Counted from the whole stretch's first letter, positions 12,961 through 25,399 are shown. The stretch: DNA of 63,965 nt, filler included, from Dicyema japonicum (GCA_011109175.1; 8 parts of 7 records of this genome joined end to end with filler, not necessarily neighbours in it), one strand, 5' to 3'. The notes: generated from the letters alone by a model not told the origin. Program-made: numbers and translations.

Positions 12961-14055
12961 TTCCTCACTTCCGAGAAGATGTCTCTGCATTTCAAGTTCT
13001 TTTTGAATAGAGTGAGCATACCTCCACCTCTTTTTCTCTACGGTCCTTCCTGATAGCTTTGTATCCTGGGAGTGTAGGGGTAGGGTCATTAAAGGAGAGT
13101 TTGGCCTCTTGAATCATCGTAACGTTAATTTTATGACAAGACAGGAGTTACCTGATTTTTCCTTTAATTCCATTTATGTTTAGCTGGAGAGCCGTAAAGT
13201 GCGTTTCTCTTCGATGGGCTGAGGATTTTCTTCCGGGAAAGCTTAACAAATGCGGCTTAACAAATGCGATCCTAAGCCTATGATTCACCAAGTTTCTTGG
13301 TAGCCTCCATCGAGCGTCGATGTTGGTAATCTTTTCCTCATGGAATTCAGATAACCTAGGGCGCCTCCTCAGTGGTCATTACGTGGGTTTAAATGCCTAT
13401 CTATACAATACTTGATAGATAAAGTCGTTATCTTGGCTTTCATGTTCACTTGATGATCACCTTGTCTCGTGTCCTGGCCCACCTTCTGTTTCTTTCCATA
13501 GGGGATCAACCAATTTGATTTCTGGGAATGTCCATCATTGGTAGTTACGTTCTTGATAGCCATCAGTTTCCTTCACTTAAAGAGAGCGATGGTAGTAATT
13601 AATAACTGCGTGATAACATTATGGAAGTAATTTTAATTAATAATAGTGGATAGTTTAGTAAAGTGGTTAAATGAGGAGCTTACAAAGACAAACTCTTTAC
13701 CCAAATTACCTTCCCATTAATTAAGTCCGCTAATTACACACATTCACTTTTCTCCAAAGAACACTCAGGAAAATCCGGCAAAAGACAAAACCTCCATTTA
13801 TGGCTTTGTGTCTGCGCGTGCCATACGAGCCCTTAATGAGAACAAGATACTGGAACGTAGACCTGATATTAATGCTTCAGTTCTTCTGAGGGCTGTCAGA
13901 GTGCACTTTCTCACATACGATGCGGACATCATCCGTCTCTGGCTGGGATATCTTTGCTTGCCCTGGACTATCAGGCTCGATGTGACGTAATGGATATCTG
14001 TATGTCGGAGGGTTTCCTAGATGTTATCAAGCTGTTGTGTGAGAATATATTATAA

Positions 14056-16527
14056 TTATTTAGTTATAGATTTATTTATGATTAGTTCATATCCGACTTG
14101 AAGATCACCAATAACAGAATAGTCAATAATGGAAGAAAGATCACCAAATTCTGTCCCTCCTTTTACAATTTCACGTAAAACTCGTCTGATTATTTTTCCT
14201 GATCGTGTTTTTTGGTAATGCCTGGGCATGCTGAATATATTCTGGTGCTGCAAATGTACCAATTGTATTTCGAACTAAATTATATTTGTTTTTACCTTCC
14301 ATTCTTATTGCCTTTTCGATTTCTGTAGTAAATTCTTCTCCTTGATGAAGGGAAACAAAACAATATATGCACTCTCCCTTAATACTGTGGGGAGCCGTCA
14401 CTGCAGCTTCAACGACGCTTGGATGTTGTACCAAAGCCGACTCAACCTCTGCAGTACTGAGTAAATGACCAGAAACGTTGAGCATATCGTCAATTCTGCC
14501 TGTTATCCAAAAATATCCGTCATCGTCTCGATGAGCACCTAATATTAGTCTGATTAAACCATCCCCAGTAATGTAATACCCCGGAAATCGTTCAAAATAA
14601 GTTTTCTTAAAACGATCGTAATCTCCGTGAATAGTCCTCATCATTCCGGGCCAGGCTTGTTTGATTGCCTAACATCAGCATTTTCAATACCAAATAGCCA
14701 TCGGCTTTCCCTTTGAGTTCAGTTCCGTTATCATCTAAAATTACTGGAACGATTCCAAAAAACGGAAGAGTCTATAATATATAGTCTGTTTACAGCTGAG
14801 CCTGGTTTGACTTTAAAACAAGGCATTGGGGTTATAACTGGGCCTCCCTATAAAAGTTATTAAAATGTAAAACTGTTTCCGTCTGCCAATATGTATCAAT
14901 TACTGCACAACGAGACTTTCCAACCACTCTGTAGTACCACTCCCAAACGTCAGGATTTATCGGTTCCCCTGCGGTTCCTATTATTCTGAGAGAATTCCTA
15001 CTACTAGTTCTGCAAACTAATTACAAAGTTACTCTGTCACATAGCTATCGTCATAGGACATTAAAGATCTAATTGCTGTTGGAGACGTGAAGAACTGAGT
15101 GACTCCATATTTGTCGCATATTCTCCAAAATCTACTGACGTCTGGGAATGTCATTACCCCTTCGAACTAAGGATTGTAAATATATGGTAACCATAACACT
15201 CTGAGCACAATTTAGAAGAGGACCATAACAGACGAAAGAATGTCCAGTAATCCAACCAAGGTCTGCAGTGCACCAATAAATGTCTTGTTGATTGTAATCA
15301 AATGAGTATTTTAATGTAGTGGCAGAATATAACATATAACCTCCATTTGTATGCAAGATTGCCTTGGGAATCCCCGTAGAACCACTATTTATTAAAGTAA
15401 TCAACCTTGTATGAAGCATAAATAGAGGATCCTCAGCATCCACCCATACAGGGTCACACAAAACACTTGCCTTTTCCATTGTTTTATCCCATGAAATATC
15501 TCTCCCTTTTTTAATATTAATCTTTCTTTTTAACAAATTCATACTTCAACGTTGTAAGGTCGAGATCCAGGGTCTTCCTTGGCGATCTCGTTAGGACCGG
15601 GATTTAAATGTCTTTTCCATATTACACCTATAATGGAGTTACCCCTTTATTTGTAAAATTATATTAAACTGTTTTTCGTACAAATCGATTGCTTCATCAC
15701 AAATGTTTTTCAAATTTATTAATTTTGTCCCTCGCCAAACGGCATCTAATAATCACACATTTCGTAAACCTGCAGTGATCACCAATTTAGGTTTAGCAAT
15801 GAGAAATCTAACGCACAATGAGCTTGGAGAAAATCCAGCAAACTGACTTATTAAACGAATATACAATTATTGAATGAATAATTCCAAGTCTAGCACACGC
15901 CAACATGGATACTAGGAGTTCTGGAATCATCGGCATATAAATAGACACTGTGTCTCCTTTTTTTAATCCTACAAAATTTATTTTGAGGTTTATGAGGCGA
16001 GGCATATGTGGTGTTATTCTATTTAGTAAAATATTATAAATATTTGAGGTTTGTAAACAACCTTTTGATTTCAACACATTTGACATTTTGCAAACTTGAC
16101 GATGAAGTTGTTTATATGTCAGCTTTATACTATCTGAGGGATCGTTCCCTTCCCTGTATAATTAGTAATCTTACCAAAAGAAAGCCACTCTATCTCCACT
16201 CCCTCTCATAATATGACGGTCGAGGCAATTATAGCTCATATTAGTTTTGGCTCCTTTGAACCACTTTGTATAAATACGACCTTTTGATATATCAAAGTTC
16301 CATCTGATATTGTTGTTTTCTTCAAAATTTTTCCAATAAAATTGTTTAGCAATTTGTCCCCAAAATTGTTTAGGATTAATCACAGACATGTAATACATTC
16401 GTTTATATTCAGACATTTTACCTAAATGACTTGAATAGACGACACGCTCTGTTGGTTCATATATAGACTTTTCTGCTTTTTGTATTGATCCATCATGCTT
16501 TTCATTAAATTCGTTAGTGTTTATCAT
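14056..16527 (-). CDS. ACSS2: Acetyl-CoA synthetase, ACSS2 (cytosolic) type; 15 exons, ~693 aa after correcting one extra base
   Basis: Manual splicing gives a continuous AMP-forming ACS with the motifs [58 protein letters not shown] and LPKTRSGK. GT-AG introns: 16154-16174, 15969-16061, 15843-15864, 15746-15769, 15645-15669, 15522-15544, 15385-15405, 15167-15191, 15010-15032, 14848-14873, 14772-14793, 14669-14690, 14539-14559, 14275-14295. Spliced length is 2083 nt = 694 codons plus 1 extra A in the run at 14208-14213. Confidence 0.95.
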
Positions 16528-17599
16528 TTATTATTTAAATTTACATTTTATCTATTTCGATTGGGTAGACATCAATATTTTATTTTATCAAATAATTATT
16601 TTATATATATAATTAATATATAATATTCCCCCACAAAAATACCACTTTGATTTCCTCTCCCAAGATTTGCAGTTTTCTTCGTGAAAGCTATTTAGTGTGG
16701 TTGATAAATATATCCACGGTCATTTTTCCCAAGTCGTTTGTCTGAGATAATATGGAAGAAGATGATTTTTCAGTAGATATGTCAAGTCGGTTATAACGTA
16801 GCCAAGTTTGAATATTGTGAAGGTATTTTGTGTTCTTTCTGATGTCTTTAGGTGATCTTAGTTGGAGGATTCGACTAATAGGTCATCAGCATATAAATGC
16901 AGGGAATCGTATTTGTTTTTGGGCTGTGGTAATTCATTAGGAGGCAGAAGAGGAAGAGTAACAATTCCGTGATTTGTAATAAATCTGTAAAAACTGTACA
17001 TCAAAACTGTAGATCAAAAGTTTAAAAGGGAGTTGGGGAAAGTCTTATCAAAATGCACTATCCCTGTATAAATCCCACTTTCACCGTTTTTAATTTATAA
17101 ATGTTTTTGTATTCTTCAGTTTAAGGGTTGATTATAATCTGGTTGTGGTCACATAACAGTAAATCGAAATAGGGTTGGTAAGAAGTGTGGTTATGTCTGT
17201 TAGCCGCAACAATTGTAGGCAGTTTCCACTAAAAATAGATGATCTACATAAAAGTCATTGAATCAGTTTAGTTGAATCAGTATAGGCGACTTAGTCACTT
17301 GGAAGTTAACGATGAGATGCGCAACCAAGTTATTTTTGACGACTCTTTGGATTATTCAGCCCAAAGAAAAGACAAACGTGTTTTCGAAAAAAACAGTTTA
17401 AAAACGACCAAATATAATTTGAAAAAACTCTTGGATTGGGATCACGATTTGAATTTTTAACACATATGGTTGTACATAAAAAATAAACTGAATTGAAAAA
17501 ATCAAAAAGTCAAAAATGATATAAGCCGTATATGAAATCCAAGTTAAATTTTTTTTAAGTGAGAAATTTCGTTATAGTTTCATTATGGCCTGCAGGTAT

Positions 17600-19900
17600 T
17601 GAGCACACATATGGGTTACTTTTCATGATCACGTGTCCAATGTTATGGGAGAGTCATTGTGTCATTCTAGGCTCGCCCTTCCGCAACCTCAAAAGCCTCC
17701 GATTAGCCTGATAAACTCAGATGTGCTAGGGCCAATAAGAAAGTTTCCTTGCACGTTGAATACCAGGCAAGATACCTATCTTGGTTCCATGGCATGGTCG
17801 TTGCGCAATCCAAATTCTCAGCAGACATTAGACAAGTTCAACGTTGGGTATCTAGTACCTTTTGAGAAGTAAAGTTTTTCCTAACACCAAACCATCATGT
17901 TGATACTGTTGTGCGACTGTGTCAAGTACAGGGTCCAGACTTAATCCGGAATAGAACATAAGATTAATTGGCCAAGGCACGGCAGCTTGCGAGTGACGAC
18001 AAATAGCATGTAATGGCCAAATCTTCAGGAGACCTCAAAAATTCCTCCAAAAAAAGCTTTCCTTGGGACCAGCCAATGCTATCAAATCTGATATTTAGAA
18101 TTTTTCAGTCGTCTGTCTAATGAGATCCTCCAGAAATTTGTGAATAAGAATTATGGAAACAAGGAAGCTGCGTAATGAGAAGATTATCTTGGGAACAAAA
18201 ATGTTATTTTTCATTGAGAAAAAGGCAGTATGTGTTTCAAGAATGAGTGGACCTTTCTCTTCAATAACATTTCTACGGACAAGAATAGAGGATATCCAAG
18301 GAGAACCGTAACAGAAGTCTCGTATATCAAGGCTAATTTGAACAATGGAAAACTCATCCGAAAAAGTTAATATTTATGATATCTGTCTTCCACATATTCA
18401 CTTGTAGTCTGACAAAGCAGGAATAGTGATTTCCAGAGCGTCAATCATCAATCGTTCCATCCTCGAGGTAACAAATATTAAAAGGGGACATCTTATGAAT
18501 ATCTTGTCAATAGAAATGAAGAAAGGAGAGGTCCAAGGAAATTACTTTGCTGAACACTGTCGAAGAGTCGACAATGTGATCTCCTAAGACAGGCAAACTC
18601 TCAAATCAGCCTCGGCAGTACTTCCTGAGATGAGTTCCCATGCTGCTGGAGCTGCGTAAAGATCGAATTTCATTAACAACTGACTCCTCTGAAATGACAA
18701 AAACAGGAAGACTGCTAGGTAGGACATTGCCAATATGGTAAATTGGCTTCGGGGGTGTTTCATATCGATCGTATCCAAGGTTGAGGACGAATAGGGGTTA
18801 CATAAGTGATTTCAAAAGAAAAATGTAAAAATTGTTAAATTTATTAATTATTTTAGTTGTTAGTGTAGGAAATGAAAAGGTTAACTCTTTTGAAAATGTT
18901 TGTTAGTACTCGAAACTAAATAATTACAATAAACTTTTTTTGACTAAATTATTATTGTCTCCAATTTTTAAAGGAATAAGATGACTTGTGTGAACTTGCT
19001 CAAAAATATTCGCTAGTGCCCCCCTACGCCACTTTAAGTTATTATAATTAATGTTATCTGCTTTAATTTTAGTCAAATCATCTCTCATATCCTCAAATGG
19101 ACTCGACATTGTTAGAAATAGTAATCATACAATATTTATAGGACAATAATCAATTCAACGTCAAATTAGTAGATATTTTTTAACTTTATAGAAAACTACT
19201 CCATTCACTCTTTAAGAAGACTCTTGCTAAGCACAGCCACAGAGTCGAAACTGTAACATAAATTTATCCGATGGAACTGACTCATCTCATTCTAAGGAAT
19301 CAGTAATCTTGTTATACGGAGATTTAAAAATAGAAAAGTATATATTATTATAAAAAATCTCAATTTGTGAATTATATCTCAGGATGGCCTAAAACAGGTG
19401 GAAGTAGAAACACAAGTACATCTCTACGATTTTCAAGTAAAGCTTATCCTACAGGTGGGATGGAGTTGTCTCGAAATGCTCCACAAACTATCTGTTGAAG
19501 GAGCAACTATAACTTACATCTAGATCCTCCAGAGATTTATGAATAAGATTATGAAACAAGTCAGCTGTGTTGCAAAAAGACTCACGAAAGCATGCTAATT
19601 ATACACGGGATGTAGGTTTTCTGATAAAGAGTACACCTTTGCTACCATCCAACTTGTGAAAATAGCATGCAGTGAGGACATCCCATTGGACTCTAACAGA
19701 GATATCTCGACTGACTCTGATGTGGAGAAGGGGAATAAGAAGGAGTTGGTGGCAGACTCTTCTTCTAAGAGAATGAGAGGGATTACTAGGTTAACTTAAT
19801 AATTTACTCGTTTAGCACTTAATTAAAAGAACTTTCACATAACCAAAGAACGTTATATTAACTAAGGTCCGTTTGTGCCACACGTTTCGAGATTTGCTTC
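17600..19900 (+). mobile_element. Heavily decayed Penelope-like retroelement sequence (at least two partial copies)
   Basis: Traces NSQQTLDKF and NRGYP. Segment ~18120-18175 recurs at ~19520-19570. No intact frame. Confidence 0.4.
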
Positions 19901-19935
19901 ACTAGACGTCTCCATCGCCCTCTACTGTCCACAGA

Positions 19936-21077
19936 TATTATTATTATTATAAGCAACTACATAGAATCATATAAACTATAATTCTATTCGTGCCGCGTCT
20001 GAACAATCCTCTTAATTAGCCCTTTCCCATCCCCTCCTGTCCGATGCCAAGTGCCGCAGACTACTAAGGTCTTCACCGTCCTTTAGTAGTCTGGTTACTG
20101 ATCTCAGGTCACCATTAAGGACTTCCGGAAGAGTTATTCTTGGACGACCTCTGAACTTCTCCCCTGACGTATCGAAGTATTCTTCCATGACGACGTTTGC
20201 TGGCGTGTCTTGTTCCAATCTGAGAATATGGCCAACAATCTCCAGCGAGTCTTCATGATCATGGTGCTCAGAGGTCCGGAACCGCATCTTCTATATAAAT
20301 TTTCACTCCCTACACGCATTGGCCACTTTAGTCCCAAGAGAGACCGAAGTTGCCTTCTGTGAAAGGAGTCAAGGTTTTGTTCGTCCGTTTTCGAAATTCC
20401 CCACGTCCCAGAGTTGTATGTTAGTATGGGCCTCACGAACGCCTCATACAACCTGAGTCGGAGTGATGGCCCGACCGAGCATTTTCTTATCCAACATTTC
20501 ATAAGTTTTTGCATAGTAACCGTAGATAACAATTTTCTTCTTGCAATGTCTTCGGAGTCTCCGAGAAGAGAGCCAAGCTTTACGGTCTTCCTCCAACATT
20601 CACTATTGCGTAGTTCCATCCGCTTAATTTCAACAATATCCGTTTTCTGAACATTCAGTGATAGACACCATTTGGCCAAACAGCATGATGCAACCCTCCA
20701 AGAGACGTAAGAGTGCTTCTTTGTCAGTCGAGATAAAGTCAACATCATCGGCATACACGATCTCCATAAATATCATTGTTGTAATACTTCCGTAGGTCTT
20801 GCAGAGCCGATTCAAGGTATATAGCAAACAATACTGGGGAAAGGGAATCTCCTTGGGGTGTGCCCACTGTTGAAATAATTTCCCGTGACAAACATTTTCC
20901 AATACGCACTCGTAACCTCGTGTTTGATAAGAGTATCCGTATCAGAATAACCGAGTCCTTATCCAGGAAACTTTCAAGCACTTCAATGAGTTTTCCCCGA
21001 CGGACAGTGCCGAAAGCTCTGGTCAGATCAAATTCCAAGGATAGTCTTTGAGCTCCGGAATCTTTGTTGAATAGCAC
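19936..21077 (-). mobile_element. RTE-type LINE, 5'-truncated, frameshifted
   Basis: DLTRAFGTV, GTPQGDSLSPVLF, YADD, LTYNSGTW and RGRPRITL; (TAA)n tail at 19936-19950. Confidence 0.85.
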
Positions 21078-21098
21078 ATTGCCATCTATGGCACCATA

Positions 21099-22103
21099 CT
21101 ACATCAGCCGTTGGTCTCCCTGTCCTAAAACCACTCTGGCTCTGGGCCAAGTACTTAATAGCCACTTAATAAAAAATATAAATCTCAACTTTATAGTAAA
21201 TTTAGGTATATACTGATTATTTAATTTATTAACCCCTACTCCTCGTCTAGAAGACGGGAGATAAATAAATTCATTCTCGTCTGACAAGACGGAGGTATCT
21301 CTAAATATTTTGTAAAATTGATCTCCATTAAACCATGTGGGTTGTTGTTGAGTAAAGGGAGAAGCATGAAATGTCATGAAACAATTATTAATATATGTAA
21401 TATAGTTTATAATAAACCCATTAACAATGAAAGAAGGTTGGGACACTACAGAACCCAGTAATTTACAAATAATTTGAATAAAACATTTACTCCATAGAGC
21501 ACGTTGCACATCTAAAACTTCGTGAGAATATACAGATGCAGTCACAAACAGAAAAAATAATTGACGGAAGCCACAAGGGACAGAATAATAATTCCTGAGA
21601 GTGAAATCTAAAATAAATAACAAAACAACTCAAAAATTCTAAAATATGCAGTCAATTGAATAAATATCATGGAAACCCCCGTGGCAGTAAGACTGATTAC
21701 GAACGTGTTCATTTCAGCATCAATAAGTCCCCATTGAGCCAATGACATCAACAGAATTAGTAGAGAAAACCGATTGGTAGTAAAAAATGCCATTTTCTGT
21801 TATTTATGAATTTTGGTTACCGCACAGAAAAGGTTGACTCCAATACAAACAGTAACACTTCGAATTGTCTCAGGCCATAGCCACAACTCTCTCTTAGCCA
21901 CGTGCCTAGTACGGAATTCACTGTAGCCAATGACAACTATTAATGATAGGATCATATTTACCGGCTAAGAGACCAAATACAAGAGGGAATAATATTAGAC
22001 TGTGTTCTGATGTTACAATTCTTTTTTCGACATACAACAATGATAAAATAAAAAATAATGTTGATCCAAATATATAATTCACTAACCACGTTACATTTAT
22101 CAT
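21099..22103 (-). CDS. Uncharacterised multi-pass membrane protein (~300 aa); one unresolved frame junction
   Basis: Three hydrophobic ORF pieces are joined by micro-introns 21937-21961 (25 nt), 21797-21820 (24), 21608-21629 (22) and 21213-21233 (21). Spliced length is 913 nt, one base too many, so a frameshift or sequencing error lies near the third intron. No family recognised with confidence. Confidence 0.6.
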
Positions 22104-22159
22104 ATTTAAATAATATTATTTTATTATAATTATTTCAAGAAATTTATGTATTTGGTTGA

Positions 22160-23050
22160 CTGTTCACGAGTGACCTTGTTTATGACCTCCAAATGGAGTT
22201 ACACAAGGATCACCGTTATCACCAATGCTCTTCAACATGTTCCTCAGTGACCTCCCATCCCCAACCACCAAAAACACAATTCTTTTATCGCATGCGGATG
22301 ATCTCGGTCAGAGAAATATCGAAGAATCGGTCCGTGCAAGATCTACTAAACCTGATGGGTCCTTGGTTCCTGAAGAGCCGTCTGAATATATTACCAGATA
22401 AGTCACATGTAATGACGTTTACTTCAGCACGGAAAGATATACGGACAACACCACGAATAAAATTGTATGACTCCCCGCTTCCCATTAAAAAGGCCCCTTC
22501 AATCCTTGGGGTCATCCTGGATCTCCTCTTCACATTTACCCATTAAGTGGACCTAGTAACCGCGAGGCTCCAAAAGAAAATTGGAATTCTCGAAGCTTTC
22601 AGTCACTCTCCACTATCTTTCCGCTCATCGTTAGAGCTCCTATACAAAGAGCATCGTTCTACCTAGTAACGAGTACGCCAGTGCTGCATGGATTGCCCCC
22701 TTATCACTATCGGCACAGAGCAAGCTGGAAGTTTTACAAAACCAATGTCTCAGAATACTATTGAGATCGTCGAAAAATACGTCCACCTCGTTACTACGGA
22801 GAACACTAAACGTCTCCCAATCATAGAATACCTTACGGAATATCACCGGGACTTCTTCAAGATGGCAAAGTCCCCTGATCATTTCCTCGGGCCGCACATC
22901 AAACTATATATGGACGCTTACCCGAGATATGAGAAGAAACCTTCCCCATTGTGTAGATTAATCCAGGACTCCAAAACTGGTATGGACACCGGGATCACTT
23001 AATTAGAATTTTATCCTCTTTCTCGTGAGTTCGGGGTTAATAAAATAAAT
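22160..23050 (+). mobile_element. LINE RT relic (Jockey/CR1/I-group-like)
   Basis: NGVTQGSPLSPMLFN, ADDL, LGVILD and EYASAAW; ends GGGGTTAATAAAATAAA. Confidence 0.75.
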
Positions 23051-23459
23051 GACCTGGGAGACATATAAACTCCTAACTTTTGATGATTAATATTCATAAA
23101 AATTTGTCTCCAAATCCTAAATAGAGAGAACTATAAAGATCACTATCTGAAGTTGCATGAATATATGTCTCTAATTAATATGATGGATGTTCTCATTTTC
23201 TGAATTCTCAGCTACCATGTATTCGGGTTTAATTATCTCCAACTATAAACATAGGAATCATATAATCTTACAGAGAACAATCCTTACTTAAATGAGACTA
23301 TAAAGTCTTCCAACTTAAAAGTAAACCAACCCTATATGTGATCATTTGTAGGACAACGATTAAAGTCATCTAATTGATCTATAAATATGATTTTGTATAA
23401 AAGATGGGAATAACTATCGTGTAATCTCAAAATTATATAAATATTTACTAATATTGTTC

Positions 23460-24237
23460 TTAGACGTAAATCCCAGAGTCCACAGGAGGTGATCTATTTT
23501 TGTCTTAATATATATACTGGAAACCAATAGCCTCCTGTATTATAGAGTCCACTAAGGATTCGTTGTTCAGTCTTGACTTTGCAAAATATGTTGGACTCCG
23601 TGTTAAGAATCTAACAAGACGTCGAAAGTTTCCTTCTTTATAACTATTCGGATTCACTTTTGGAGTAAATTTAGAGGATATTTTTCCAAATTGGTCAACA
23701 TTCATCCCAATGGAAGGAGAGGACCGACTGATTTAATAAAATTAATACATTTTGAAGACTTTGTCCTTAACAACTGGTTTTAAGTCAAATTTGATCATGA
23801 CTAAGTAGTTTGGTATGATCTCTGATGTTTTGTAAGGGAGAAGTAGAATCTTCTTCATCTGCTCTTCCTTTCCTGCATATTTCGACAGATTCATATCTAC
23901 ATAGCCCAATCTTTCACATCTCCTTCTTCCTTTTACCTCCTTCGATGATATTAATTTTACTTTCCTTAAGGAAATTCTGATGATTTTGTCATTGAGTTGA
24001 CTGCTTGGATTTACTATTATTTTGGTAGTAAAATTAATATTTGTGTTAAAATGTACATTATTATCATGGACTCGTATACTAACAATGTGACTACAACAAA
24101 TACACAGTGGAACGGAAGAATGCTTTAATTTCGTTAGTAAGCCGTAGTTTGAAGAAAATGAGTGCATTTTTGTGAGGGACATTAGTTAGACAGACTACTG
24201 TAAAGTTTACTTGAAATAATAGTTTATTTTTCTTCAT
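23460..24237 (-). CDS. EEIG1/FAM102-family protein with N-terminal C2 (NT-C2) domain; 5 exons, 228 aa
   Basis: Spliced product MKKNKLLFQVNFTVVCLTNVP...RISLRKEVKG...LGYVDMNLSKYAG...SRLNNESLVDSII matches the FAM102/EEIG1 pattern (MKKKKFKF..., RVSVRKELKG, LGFADLNLAEFAG). Introns 24079-24103 (25 nt), 23940-23960 (21), 23728-23748 (21), 23494-23517 (24). Spliced length is 687 nt, in frame. Confidence 0.88.
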
Positions 24238-24539
24238 ATTAATGCGTATTATTTTTATGGATAATTATAGTAATTATTACGTCCATTTGGGATATTCTAA
24301 TTATTAATTTGAAATCATTAACATATTACTCTCCACAACATTCTAATCAGTATTATTTCTACACAACTACTAAATCCATAATTTATTCCAAACCAAGTAA
24401 AATTGGAGCATTCATTTTAATTTGTTTTGGCAACCACGCCACGTGTCCACAACTTTAATGTGGCTACTTAATTGAAGATTATTTGTTTCTTTTGTTGCTC
24501 TTCTTACCTTCTGGCTTCAGGGAGCTTAAATTGTTAGCG

Positions 24540-25050
24540 TGCGTCTTTTGGTTCACCATCTCTGGTGACGCCTGATATAATCCTAATTATATCCATAGTC
24601 AACAACCAGCCAGAGGAGTCTCTCTGGATAACCATTTAGTATTTAGGGTGTATCTGGGATTTCTTATTTATCAACTGAATTTTGTTCTTTTTTATCGAAA
24701 GATTGAATATTTGAGTTATATCAACCCAAGTTACAGGTGGTTTTGTTTGGGAACAGAGATAGCTTCTGATCCTATGGACGATGAGTTATTCATTTTCCTG
24801 ATTACAAATGCACAATAGACGGATCAAAGAAAATTATGTTGAGAAATTTATTCCTTCTTACATGGTCTCAACAAAAATTCATGTATTTAGAATACTGTTT
24901 ATGTTTGTGCTTATGCAGTTCTCCATAAAGTCATTGGGGTATAAACTTGACTCTCAATGAGCGATCAAATTGAGATCCCCCTTCTTGAACCTTATTATCG
25001 ATTTCCACAATACACAATTTTTTAGCTTTTTTAACTTCCCAGCATTCTTT
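24540..25050 (-). mobile_element. Decayed Penelope-like fragment
   Basis: NGYPER motif near 24620-24635 in a stop-riddled frame. Confidence 0.35.
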
Positions 25051-25399
25051 GTNNNNNNNNNNNNNNNNNNNNNNNNNNNNNNNNNNNNNNNNNNNNTTAA
25101 TTAATTAANNNNNNNNNNNNNNNNNNNNNNNNNNNNNNNNNNNNNNNNNNNNCTCGCTTTTTAAGGAGGTACTTCTTCCTCTTCTCTACTTCCACTGTCT
25201 CAAACGATTTAGGTATGTGATGCCCACCTCTACGATAACAATTTCCCCGATGACTTTATCGTGGAATATAATGTCTGGTTTGTTGTGCTGGACAATAATT
25301 GAGATCGGTATTGGGGTATCGATTTCAACGCATACCTTCGAGTTCTCACACTGAAGAACGGCGACAATGCATAGCCAATTATTTATTAATTTTCTGATT

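Noticed and set aside
499-13990. Numerous 60-150 aa ORFs in the supplied track as novel genes
   Set aside because: Many have non-ATG starts, are antisense to TE relics or low complexity, and lack the micro-intron structure of the real genes here.
14208-14213. Programmed +1 frameshift in ACS just before the catalytic Lys motif
   Set aside because: It sits in an A6 homopolymer. Similar +1 and -1 slips occur near A-runs in the EF-hand gene, so a sequencing error is the simpler explanation.
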